NCBI GenBank assembly: GCA_965247685.1
Contig: OZ252021.1
Span: 930,001 to 962,000 of the forward strand
Source: Bdellovibrionales bacterium
GTDB taxonomy: Bacteria > Bdellovibrionota > Bdellovibrionia > Bdellovibrionales > UBA1609
Reading direction: 5' to 3'
DNA length: 32,000 bases
Shown: one piece after another, positions 18,300 to 27,504 of the stretch
Layout: every line of letters starts with the position of its first letter
How positions within the stretch are numbered: the stretch's first letter is position 1
Program-made: the position numbers and the translations under genes
The notes under the pieces: model-generated
Databases searched by the model: none
What the model was told of the DNA's origin: nothing
Seen by the model: only the letters and a program-made list of their open reading frames with translations

Positions 18300-19775
18300 A
18301 TGATGAATTATTTACTTTTTTTTCTTTTATCGTTTTTTTATCTGTCCTGTCAGAGTATGCCTCAAAAGGCTCAAAGCTTTAAGGATTTACGAACTGTAAA
18401 GCAAACGGCTTCAGTTCAAGATAAAAAAGCAGCGAGCCCTACTCAGCAGAGTAAATCTAAAAAAGCAATCTCCTTTGATAAACTGTTGATCGAGGATAGG
18501 CCTGAAGTTCAGGTGTGGATTAAGTATTTTACAGGGCGTGGTCGAGACCGAATGAAACTTTATCTCGAAAGATCTTATCGTTACTTAGATTTGATGCGTT
18601 CTATTTTGAAGAAAGAAGGTTTACCTGAAGAACTTGTTTATGTAGCAATGATTGAATCTGGTTTTAGTTTTAAAGCAAGAAGCCGGGCGGCGGCTGTAGG
18701 GTACTGGCAGTTTATTGAAGCAACAGGTCGTCGTTATGGATTAAAGATTGATGGCTTTGTGGATGAAAGAAGAGATCCTTTACTGTCCACTCAAGCTGCG
18801 AGCCAATATCTCAAGGATTTATACGAATTATTTGGAACATGGTATTTAGCTATGGCTTCTTACAATGCAGGTGAGTATCGTGTGAATCGTGCGATGATGA
18901 GACATTACACACGAGATTTTTGGTATTTAAGAAAAAAGCGCAGTATTCCAAGAGAAACAAGAGAGTATGTTCCGAAGTTTATGGCGGCACATATTATTGC
19001 TTCCAATCCTGAAAAATACGACTTCTATAATTTGAATTATCAAAAACCTATTCAGTTTGAGTCGGTAGCGGTGAATAGGCCCGTCAGTTTGAAGAAGATG
19101 GCTCAGTCTATTAATGTGGATTATAAAAAATTCAAAGCATTAAATCCCAAGTATTTAGGCGACTACGTTCCATTGAAGAAAAATCAAGTGGCTGTGCTTC
19201 GTGTTCCAGTCGGTTACTCTCAAAAGGTGACTCAACAAGTGGTAGCGGCTTCCTTCATGAATCGCCCTAAATACTCTAAGACTTATGTGTATTATAAAGT
19301 GCGGTGGGGTGATAGTTTATATAAATTAGCTTCGAGAAATAGAACAACAGTGAATACGATTGCACGTATGAATGGTTTTTCTTCTTCTAAGAAACTCAGA
19401 GCAGGTCGAGTGATTAAACTTCCTCGTCTTTATGGAGGCAGCAAACCTCGTCAAATGGCCTCAGCAAAGAGTGCTAAATACCACAAAGTGAAGAAGGGAG
19501 AGAATTTAACTTTCATAGCAAAAAAATATGGTGTGAAGTCTTCTCAGATTCGATCTTGGAATAACTTGCGTCATTCTACGATACACCCCTATCAGATTTT
19601 AAGGGTGCGAAAACCTTCAGCGAAGGATAATGCTCGTTTGCATATTGTGCGAAAAGGGGAGACGCTGATTAGTATTTCTAAAAAATATAAAGTGCCTTTA
19701 ATATCTTTGATGAAGCATAATTCCTTAAGCTTTCGATCGATACTGCGTGTGGGCCGTACGATTCGTATACCTTAG
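18300..19775 (+). CDS. mltD: MltD-like membrane-bound lytic murein transglycosylase lipoprotein with three C-terminal LysM repeats
   Basis: Lipobox LSC in FFLLSFFYLSCQS. SLT catalytic region VAMIESGFSFKARSRAAAVGYWQFI and ASYNAGEYRVNRA. LysM units begin at YYKVRWGDSLYKLA, YHKVKKGENLTFIA and LHIVRKGETLISIS. Confidence 0.85.
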   Translation: MMNYLLFFLLSFFYLSCQSMPQKAQSFKDLRTVKQTASVQDKKAASPTQQSKSKKAISFDKLLIEDRPEVQVWIKYFTGRGRDRMKLYLERSYRYLDLMRSILKKEGLPEELVYVAMIESGFSFKARSRAAAVGYWQFIEATGRRYGLKIDGFVDERRDPLLSTQAASQYLKDLYELFGTWYLAMASYNAGEYRVNRAMMRHYTRDFWYLRKKRSIPRETREYVPKFMAAHIIASNPEKYDFYNLNYQKPIQFESVAVNRPVSLKKMAQSINVDYKKFKALNPKYLGDYVPLKKNQVAVLRVPVGYSQKVTQQVVAASFMNRPKYSKTYVYYKVRWGDSLYKLASRNRTTVNTIARMNGFSSSKKLRAGRVIKLPRLYGGSKPRQMASAKSAKYHKVKKGENLTFIAKKYGVKSSQIRSWNNLRHSTIHPYQILRVRKPSAKDNARLHIVRKGETLISISKKYKVPLISLMKHNSLSFRSILRVGRTIRIP

Positions 19776-19839
19776 AACATAAATTCTTGAATTTATAAAC
19801 GGACTTGTATAGTCTTTGAAATCGTTGTAAGGATGAGCA

Positions 19840-20763
19840 ATGATTCAGGTTCAAAATTTAGTTAAAAAATATATGGATCGAACTGTGCTTCGTCAGCTTT
19901 CTTTTAATATTGAAAAAGGCGAAGTAGTGGGCTTCCTAGGACCTAATGGTGCAGGAAAAACAACTACAATGAGAATACTTGCAGGCTGCTTAGGACCTAC
20001 CTCGGGTGAAGTAAAAATTAATGGAAAAAATATCTTAGATGCACCGATTGAGACCAAAACAAAGGTGGGCTATCTTCCTGAGACTCCACCTGTGTATGGA
20101 GATATGAAAGTTGAATCTTATCTAAAGTATATAGGAAGATTAAAAATGTGTACTTCTCTTCAAGAGAGTGTTTCTTATGCAATGGAAAAAGCTGGATTAA
20201 AAGAAGTTCGTCATCGTTGGATTCAGAATTTATCTAAGGGGTATCAACAAAGAGTGGGTATTGCTCAAGCTTTACTAGGCAATCCAGATGTGCTTATTTT
20301 TGATGAACCTACAGTAGGACTCGATCCTTCCCAGGTGATTGAAATTCGAGAACTCATTGGAAATCTCAAGCATCGTCATACAGTTCTTTTGTCTTCTCAT
20401 ATTTTATCTGAGGTGGAGGCCAACTGTGAGAAGGTGATCATTATTAATAATGGGGAAATTGCTGTTTCCGGAAAACTTTCAGATCTCAAAAGAAAACTTC
20501 ATTTGAAAAACTTAAGAGTGAGGGTTCAAAAGCCTTCTTCTCAGTTGGTTTCAGAGCTTCAAAAGTTAGAAGGAGTTAAAGATGTGTCGCAGGTGCAATC
20601 TAATGCTTATGAAGTGACTATGAGCCAAGATGTTCATGATCAAGTGGCAAAAGTGGTAGTGGATTCTAAAGCAGGGTTGATGGAGCTTAAAGAAGATGAG
20701 TTTATGTTAGAAGATGTTTTCATCAACATCACTCGACGAAGAGATAAGGGAGAGCCATCATGA
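19840..20763 (+). CDS. ABC-2-type transporter ATP-binding protein (GldA-like)
   Basis: Walker A GPNGAGKTT, signature LSKGYQQRVGIAQAL, Walker B LIFDEPTVGLD. Followed with an ATGA overlap by an ABC-2 permease. Confidence 0.85.
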   Translation: MIQVQNLVKKYMDRTVLRQLSFNIEKGEVVGFLGPNGAGKTTTMRILAGCLGPTSGEVKINGKNILDAPIETKTKVGYLPETPPVYGDMKVESYLKYIGRLKMCTSLQESVSYAMEKAGLKEVRHRWIQNLSKGYQQRVGIAQALLGNPDVLIFDEPTVGLDPSQVIEIRELIGNLKHRHTVLLSSHILSEVEANCEKVIIINNGEIAVSGKLSDLKRKLHLKNLRVRVQKPSSQLVSELQKLEGVKDVSQVQSNAYEVTMSQDVHDQVAKVVVDSKAGLMELKEDEFMLEDVFINITRRRDKGEPS

Positions 20764-21554
20764 GTGCTCGTTCATGGAGTATGAAATTAAATCAAGTTTG
20801 GGCGATTACTAAAAAAGAATTTTGGCAAATTGTTACAAGTCCTATGTTTTTAATTATTTTAGGGGTGGCTTGTTTTCTTTGGAGTTTTATATATGTTCGC
20901 CATTTTATCGAATTTGCAGAAAGAAGTGTGATTATTTCCGCTCAAGGTCAAGAGGGAGGTAATATTCATTTTGATGTTTTTGTTTCCCTTCTTGCACAGA
21001 TGAATCTTTTATTAATTTTTATTATTCCTGCTCTGACAATGAGATTATTTGCAGAAGAGAAAAAAATGAAAACTTTTGATTTATTAATGTCAGTTCCTAT
21101 CACACCTTTGCAGATTGTTTTAGGTAAATTTTTTGCGGCTTACCTATGTTCCATAATTGTGATTGGAGTTTCTTTTATCTATATTGTGATTACATCTTTT
21201 TTTGCTGATTTTTCTTGGACTCTTCCTTTACTTTCTTATTTGGGAATGCTTTTGTTGGCGGCAGTGTATGTCTGTTTGGGTTTACTCGCTTCTGTGATCA
21301 CTCAATCTGTTGTGTTGAGTACTATTTTAGGCATTTTATTTAATATGTTTATTTGGTTTTTTGGTCAAATTTTGGATATGGTCAGTCATCCCGTAGCGGT
21401 TGCTGTTTTAGAGTACTTGATGATTCCGCAGCACTTAGAGAAGTTTATCAAAGGGAAATTAGTTATATCTTCTTTGGTGTTCTTTTTAATTTTTACTGCA
21501 TTTTTTATTTTTTTAATTACAAAAATTATTCAAGCTTCAAAATGGAGATCATAA
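20760..21554 (+). CDS. ABC-2-type transporter permease (GldF-like)
   Basis: 264 aa with about six hydrophobic helices. It sits between the ATPase and a GldG-like gene. Confidence 0.75.
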   Translation: MSARSWSMKLNQVWAITKKEFWQIVTSPMFLIILGVACFLWSFIYVRHFIEFAERSVIISAQGQEGGNIHFDVFVSLLAQMNLLLIFIIPALTMRLFAEEKKMKTFDLLMSVPITPLQIVLGKFFAAYLCSIIVIGVSFIYIVITSFFADFSWTLPLLSYLGMLLLAAVYVCLGLLASVITQSVVLSTILGILFNMFIWFFGQILDMVSHPVAVAVLEYLMIPQHLEKFIKGKLVISSLVFFLIFTAFFIFLITKIIQASKWRS

Positions 21555-21555
21555 A

Positions 21556-23160
21556 GTGAATACTTTTTATTTTAAATGGATTTCTCGAATTTCTCTTGGG
21601 TTGAGTGCTATTTGTTTTTTGATTGTCATTTTAACCCGCCTATTTTTAGGAGGATGGATTGATCTTTTATGGTGGCCTCTTGCTTTATTCCTTATTGGTT
21701 TAGTGGTACATATTATTGTTGATATTCGAATGTATTGGGCTTTTCTGACATCAAAGACAGCTCGAAGCGGTATGAGCTTTGGAATGTCTTTGTTGACGGT
21801 ATTGGTGATTTTATCTTGTATAGGTTATTTGAGTGTTTTAGAGGATAAAAGTTTTGATCTCACTGAAGAAAAGCTTCACTCTTTATCTCCTCAAACTATT
21901 TCTCTTCTTCAATCTATGGTGAAAGGGGATTTAAAGATCGTTATTCTTTACAATGGCAAGCCGGCTCTTGCAGCTAAAAATAACGTTCGAAGAGCTTTTG
22001 ATGTTTACAAAGAAACCGTTCCCCAGCTTCAAATAGAGTCTGTGGATGCTTTAGTGAAGAATCAAATTGCTAAAGAATATTTAGGGTCACTCAGCCAAAG
22101 AGCTAGCTTTAATGTCTTCGCATTTGCCGTTTATCAATCCAAGAAAGCTCATATTGAAAATCCCGTGGATGAAAATAGCGTCCTTAAAGCTTTTACTCAA
22201 GTTTCCATTCGTGTTCAAAAAAATGTGTACTTTACAATAGGTCATGGAGAAAAGGATTTTAGCTCTCAACAAAGTAGTGGCGTTTCCTTTTTGAAAAAAT
22301 TATTAGATGAAGCTTCGTTTAATGTTATCGAGTGGAATTTTATTGAGAAGCAAGCTCCTTTGCCAAAAGATGCAGCCGCTTTGCTTATTATAGGACCAAC
22401 TAAACCATTTTTTGAACAAGAGATAAAATGGATTCGAGAATATATTCAAAAGCAAGGGCGAGTATTTTTCGCTTTAGACCCTGGTGTGAATCACAATCTA
22501 ACGCCTTTATTGAAAGAGTCCTTAAGTGTTGACTTTAAAAATAATTTTTTATGGAGTGCGGTATCTCGTCTTGTGGGCAAAAGTCAATCTTCTGTGTTTG
22601 GAATTCAGTATAGTCCGCAACATCCTATCACTCGTCTTTTTGAATCTCTTAAAATAGGAAGTTCTATTTTTGATGAAGTGAGTGAAGTATCCATATCTAA
22701 TTCTGTGAATCCTCAATGGAAAACTTTTAATTTGGTTTATTCTGTTCCCGCGGCGGCTTTATCTTCTTTAGGGGTTTCATCAAAGTCGAGTCAGGTTAAA
22801 AATGCGGTGATCGCAATAGCTGTCCAAGAAAGAGATGAGCAGTCTCAGGAGACTTCTCAAACAGAATCTAAAGATAAAAAATCTATAGAAAGAGGGTTTG
22901 CAGGAGTGGTTTTTGGCGACAGTGATTTTTTAAGTAATGCTTCTTTAGGTATTGGTATTCATAAAGATTTAGTTTTGAATTCTATTTCTTTTTTAGCTGA
23001 TGAGATGAATTTAGTGAGCCTGCGACCCAAACAACCTAAAGGCACTCAAGTGGTGCTGACTCAAAATGCTCAATATCTGTTTGTGATTTCTTCTATTCTA
23101 CTTCCTTTGATTTGTTTTATTCTAGCAGGAATTTCTTGGTGGCTTAGGAAGAGAAATTAA
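21556..23160 (+). CDS. GldG-like ABC-transporter accessory protein
   Basis: N- and C-terminal TM helices flank a large soluble domain that contains the TIGHGEKDF and VVFGDSDFLSNA motifs characteristic of GldG-family proteins. The GTG start lies 1 nt after the permease stop. Confidence 0.7.
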   Translation: MNTFYFKWISRISLGLSAICFLIVILTRLFLGGWIDLLWWPLALFLIGLVVHIIVDIRMYWAFLTSKTARSGMSFGMSLLTVLVILSCIGYLSVLEDKSFDLTEEKLHSLSPQTISLLQSMVKGDLKIVILYNGKPALAAKNNVRRAFDVYKETVPQLQIESVDALVKNQIAKEYLGSLSQRASFNVFAFAVYQSKKAHIENPVDENSVLKAFTQVSIRVQKNVYFTIGHGEKDFSSQQSSGVSFLKKLLDEASFNVIEWNFIEKQAPLPKDAAALLIIGPTKPFFEQEIKWIREYIQKQGRVFFALDPGVNHNLTPLLKESLSVDFKNNFLWSAVSRLVGKSQSSVFGIQYSPQHPITRLFESLKIGSSIFDEVSEVSISNSVNPQWKTFNLVYSVPAAALSSLGVSSKSSQVKNAVIAIAVQERDEQSQETSQTESKDKKSIERGFAGVVFGDSDFLSNASLGIGIHKDLVLNSISFLADEMNLVSLRPKQPKGTQVVLTQNAQYLFVISSILLPLICFILAGISWWLRKRN

Positions 23161-23187
23161 GAATGATGAAAATTTAGGAGAAATTCA

Positions 23188-24192
23188 GTGGGTGGTTTTT
23201 TTATTCGAAAGTTTCTACTTTCTTCTCGGTTTGGTTTTTTGGTTCTCGCTGGAGTTTTATTAGTCTTTACTATCTTTCAACATAAGAAAAATGAAGAGGT
23301 AGAAGAACAAGAAAGAAAAGATTCTTTAGTGTTTAATTCCAATTTTCAAGATATAAAACGTATTTCTATTCAAACTTTAAATGAGCAGGTTTTTGTTGCA
23401 GAAAAAGAAAAAGATGATTGGATGATTCTTCGTCCTATTCGTGAATTTGCATCCGCAATCAAAATAGAAGATTTTATTGATCGCTTGTTGAATCAAGAAG
23501 CTCAACTTGTGCTGAGTGAAGATGTTTCTTGGCCTGAGTATGATTTAAGTCCTCCTTTTTCTGTGATTGAAATTCAGACTGCGAATCAAAAAAAATCCTT
23601 AGGTATTTCTTCTGAACCAAATTATGAGGGTCAATTTTATATTCAAGATGGGAAAAATCTTCTTATTGGCTCTTCAGATTGGGAGCGGTTTTCTCAACTC
23701 AATTTTCATGACTATAGTAGTAAAAAACTTTATCACTCTTCAAAAGATCCAGTTCAAATCACTTATAAGATGGATCGTGTAGAGTATAAATTTAAAAAAA
23801 ATAAAGAGAAGTGGGAATGGGTCGGAAAGAAACGTTTTCCTCTTTCTCAACAAGCGATTGAAGATTGGCTTAGTTTGTTTCGACAAGATATGATCGCATC
23901 ATTTACAAATAATGAAAAATCAAACAATGAAAAAAAGAACTTAAAAGCAGATTTGACTGTAGAGTTTCGTTTTGAGAATCAATCTACTCCTTGGTTTTTA
24001 AAGTTTCAATCTGTTTCGGAAGCTCGAGATCAAGTGATTGTTTCGGATCGCCCTTATGTATACGAATTGAAAAAAAAACATGGTTTAATGAATGTGGATT
24101 TTCAAGAACACCCACCTTCGAAGAAAGAAACTAAAGATGTTAAAGGTTCTGCTACAAAATCCGACGATGCTCCAAAAAAGAATTCTAAGTAA
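23188..24192 (+). CDS. DUF4340-like membrane-anchored protein (usual partner of GldG-type systems)
   Basis: N-terminal TM helix (FGFLVLAGVLLVFTIF) and a repetitive beta-rich body. Its position immediately after the gldG-like gene supports the call. RBS AGGAG lies 7 nt before the GTG. The family call rests mainly on synteny. Confidence 0.5.
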   Translation: MGGFFIRKFLLSSRFGFLVLAGVLLVFTIFQHKKNEEVEEQERKDSLVFNSNFQDIKRISIQTLNEQVFVAEKEKDDWMILRPIREFASAIKIEDFIDRLLNQEAQLVLSEDVSWPEYDLSPPFSVIEIQTANQKKSLGISSEPNYEGQFYIQDGKNLLIGSSDWERFSQLNFHDYSSKKLYHSSKDPVQITYKMDRVEYKFKKNKEKWEWVGKKRFPLSQQAIEDWLSLFRQDMIASFTNNEKSNNEKKNLKADLTVEFRFENQSTPWFLKFQSVSEARDQVIVSDRPYVYELKKKHGLMNVDFQEHPPSKKETKDVKGSATKSDDAPKKNSK

Positions 24193-24274
24193 TGTATTCG
24201 TGCTTTAGTGTCGATATCTTTGCTTGTTCTATATCTTATTTTATTGTAGTGTAGCCTAAAAACCTAAGAAAAAT

Positions 24275-24961
24275 ATGACTGCTCAACCTATTTTAAAAGC
24301 TCGAAATATTCATAAGGAGTTTCACCAAGGCTCTCAAGTTTTACATGTACTCAAAGGCTTGGACTTTGAAATTCAGCAAGGGGATGCTGTATGTATTGTA
24401 GGTCCTTCAGGAGCAGGAAAGAGTACTTTTCTACATATTCTAGGTGTTTTAGAAGACAGCACTCAGGGAAGTGTATTTTATAAAACTCAAAACTTATCTC
24501 AATCCAACGAGAAAGATAAAGCTTTATTTCGAAGAAAAAAAGTTGGATTTGTGTTTCAATTTCACTATTTACTCAATGAGTTTAATATGATAGAGAATAT
24601 TATGATTGCTGGTCAAATCGGAGGAATGGAAGTTCAAGAGGCTCGACAAAGAGCTCAATATTTAATGGATCTTTTAGGTATCAGTCATCGTCAAGATCAT
24701 TTTCCTAATACTATGAGTGGTGGAGAAAGACAAAGGGCTGCGATTGCTCGTGCGATGATGAATCAACCTGAAATTTTATTAGTAGATGAACCTACGGGGA
24801 CGTTGGATAAAAAAAATTCCATTAAAGTATTAGATATTTTATTTGAGATGAAGGCGCGACTCTGTTTAACATTGGTTGCTGTCAGTCATGATCCTTTATT
24901 TTCAAAACCTTTCCCTAAAATTTTAACGATGGAAGATGGTCAATGGCTCAACAGCAAATGA
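24275..24961 (+). CDS. lolD: LolD/MacB-type ABC ATP-binding protein
   Basis: Walker A GPSGAGKST, signature MSGGERQRAAIARAM, Walker B LLVDEPTGTLD, 228 aa. No cognate LolC/E-type permease is present in the window. Confidence 0.75.
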   Translation: MTAQPILKARNIHKEFHQGSQVLHVLKGLDFEIQQGDAVCIVGPSGAGKSTFLHILGVLEDSTQGSVFYKTQNLSQSNEKDKALFRRKKVGFVFQFHYLLNEFNMIENIMIAGQIGGMEVQEARQRAQYLMDLLGISHRQDHFPNTMSGGERQRAAIARAMMNQPEILLVDEPTGTLDKKNSIKVLDILFEMKARLCLTLVAVSHDPLFSKPFPKILTMEDGQWLNSK

Positions 24962-27504
24962 ATCTGAACATTTCGAAATACTTAGGACTCTTTTTTGTAT
25001 TTGTACTGTGTGCAGAGGTGATGGCCTCTTCTGCGGTTTATCGAGTTCGTATTCAAGGTCAAAAAGAAATTACTCAACAGGCTATCCGTGGACAACTTCA
25101 AACTCGCTCAGGTCGAAAACTTCGTTCGACTGTGGTGACCGAAGATGTAAAACGTTTATATCAAATGGGTTATTTTAGTCATATTTCTGTAGATTCTCAT
25201 AAAGATGCTAAAGCTCGTCTCATTGTGACTTTCAAAGTGAAAGAAAAACCAAGGGTGAAATCTATAAGTTATAAAGGTTACTCTTCATTAACTAAGGCGA
25301 AGCTCGAAGAGATGTCTGAACTTAAAGAATATGAATTTTTGAGTATTATAAAATTAAAAACAGCTATTAAAAATATTGAAAATTATTATAAAGAAAAAGG
25401 GTATTTCTTAGCACAAGTCACCTACTCCTTGAAAGAAGTTCCATCCACTCGAAAAGTTGAAGTGGTGATTCATATTACAGAAGGAGAGAAGGCTTTAATA
25501 AAAAGAATTTTCTTTGTAGGTAATGAAAGTATTTCTAGTTCTCGATTGAAATCTTTTTTGATTAATAAGGAAAAAAGTATTTTTAGTTTTATTTCTGATT
25601 CTGGAACATACAAGGAAGAAAACTTGTCTAGAGATTTACAAGTGATCAAATTGATCTATATGGAACAGGGTTATATGGAAGCTTATGTGGGCGAGCCTCA
25701 AGTCACTTTATCTCCGGCACAAGATGGCATCTATATTACTTTTTTTATTCGAGAAGGATCTCAATTTAAAGTTGGGAACATTGATTTTACGGGGGATCTT
25801 ATTTTTTCTAAATCAGACCTTCAAAGGGTACTCTCTTTAAAAAATGGAGATACTTTTGTTTATTCCTATTTTCAAAAAGATTTATTGTCGCTGCAAAATA
25901 AGTATGGTGATGAGGGTTATGCTTTTACTAATGTGATTCCTCGATTTGCTTCGGTGGATGATGAAATACATATTTTATTTAAAATAGAAAAAGGAGATTT
26001 AGCTTCGATTAATCAAATCAATGTTATAGGTAATGACTATACTAGAGATAAAGTGATTCGAAGAGAAATTGGAGTTTATGAAGGAGAACTTTATAACTCT
26101 TCTCTTATTTCGGGGTCTCAGCAGGCGATACAACGGCTTGGTTATTTTGACAATGTTTCGATATTACCTCAGCCGGTAAAAAATCAAAATAATAAAATAG
26201 ATTTAGAGGTTTCAGTTAAAGAAAGAGAAACTTACGGCGAATTTGGTGGAGGTGTGAATTATCGGCAACAGGATGAGAAGTTTTGGAGTTTAGAAAATTT
26301 AGGTGTTAATGCTTCTCTTCATAAGCAAAACATTTTTGGTTTAGGTCAAACTATCCGAGGAAGTGCAAATTTGAATTTTGTGACCATTTGGTTGAATATT
26401 CAATATATAGATCCTCATATATTCGATTCAGATTGGTATGCTAGTTTCGAACTTTTTTATGAAAACTCAGAATTGAGCCAATCCTTAAGGACAAACTTAA
26501 AAGATTATTTAAGTGATTCGTCGTCTTCAAATAAAACTGCTCAAAATAATTCAGAAAAATCATCCGAAGAATCAGAGACAGATCATCCATATCCACTTCT
26601 TTCTGGAAGACCTTACATTATTGAACGAAGGGGTTTTCGATTTGCTTTAGGTTATTGGCTGAAAGATAAATGGAAAATACTGCCAAATGTAGGTTTTATG
26701 GATATGAATATGAGAGAATTGACAGAAAGTCTTTTGATAGGGGTTGGTTCCAGTGTTCGTGAAAGTTTTCAACTAGATGCCTCTGAGGGGTCTCGTGCTT
26801 TAATAGGAGGCTCTGTAGAGTATAATGGAAAAAATGACTCTCTTTTTCCTACAGAAGGGATTCATACTCGGTTGGCCTCAGATTATATTTATAAGTTCCC
26901 TTCTTCTGAATTTCATGCTGTCAATTTGTTCAAAATCGATGGGTTTTTCAGTCATTATGTGAATCTTCAGGATTTATTTTCCTACTTGAATCTAAGCTCT
27001 TTCAAATGGGCGAATTACTTGGCTCATGTCACATTAAAGAATAAGGTGCAGTATGGTCATGTGATCTCATTGGATTCAAATTCATTTATTCCTGTGGATC
27101 TTCTATATCTACTGGGAGGACCTTTAGATTTAAGAGGGTACTCTCTGCTTTCTATAGGAAAATCTATTCGTATTCCAAGACCTAATGGAGAGTTACCTCC
27201 TTATTCTGTTCCTTATGGAGGGGCTCAGCAATGGGTTTATAATTTAGAGTTGCAATTTCCTATTTTGTTAAGAAGCCGCCTTTATGGGATGCTATTTTTT
27301 GGTGTAGGACAAGCAGAGGATTTGTTATTTCAAAAAATTTTCAAAAAAGGCTGGAGTATTTTGAAAAAAGACGTTGGAGTGGGCATTTCTTGGGCTTCTC
27401 CCATGGGTCCTGTACACTTGAAACTTGGATTTCCCATTGGTGATAGTCAAAAAGATTTTTTTGAAGACAAAGAATTTCATTTCAATGTTGGCTATGACTT
27501 TTAG
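24943..27504 (+). CDS. bamA: Outer membrane protein assembly factor BamA (POTRA domains plus Omp85 beta-barrel)
   Basis: Signal peptide, then POTRA-like starts (VYRVRIQGQKEITQQAI, IKRIFFVGNESISSSRL, VGNIDFTGDLIFSKSDL, INQINVIGNDYTRDKVI). Barrel with a loop-6-type LDLRGY motif and a C-terminal FHFNVGYDF. The ATG at 24958 (ATGA overlap with the lolD stop) is an equally plausible start. Confidence 0.9.
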   Translation: MAQQQMNLNISKYLGLFFVFVLCAEVMASSAVYRVRIQGQKEITQQAIRGQLQTRSGRKLRSTVVTEDVKRLYQMGYFSHISVDSHKDAKARLIVTFKVKEKPRVKSISYKGYSSLTKAKLEEMSELKEYEFLSIIKLKTAIKNIENYYKEKGYFLAQVTYSLKEVPSTRKVEVVIHITEGEKALIKRIFFVGNESISSSRLKSFLINKEKSIFSFISDSGTYKEENLSRDLQVIKLIYMEQGYMEAYVGEPQVTLSPAQDGIYITFFIREGSQFKVGNIDFTGDLIFSKSDLQRVLSLKNGDTFVYSYFQKDLLSLQNKYGDEGYAFTNVIPRFASVDDEIHILFKIEKGDLASINQINVIGNDYTRDKVIRREIGVYEGELYNSSLISGSQQAIQRLGYFDNVSILPQPVKNQNNKIDLEVSVKERETYGEFGGGVNYRQQDEKFWSLENLGVNASLHKQNIFGLGQTIRGSANLNFVTIWLNIQYIDPHIFDSDWYASFELFYENSELSQSLRTNLKDYLSDSSSSNKTAQNNSEKSSEESETDHPYPLLSGRPYIIERRGFRFALGYWLKDKWKILPNVGFMDMNMRELTESLLIGVGSSVRESFQLDASEGSRALIGGSVEYNGKNDSLFPTEGIHTRLASDYIYKFPSSEFHAVNLFKIDGFFSHYVNLQDLFSYLNLSSFKWANYLAHVTLKNKVQYGHVISLDSNSFIPVDLLYLLGGPLDLRGYSLLSIGKSIRIPRPNGELPPYSVPYGGAQQWVYNLELQFPILLRSRLYGMLFFGVGQAEDLLFQKIFKKGWSILKKDVGVGISWASPMGPVHLKLGFPIGDSQKDFFEDKEFHFNVGYDF

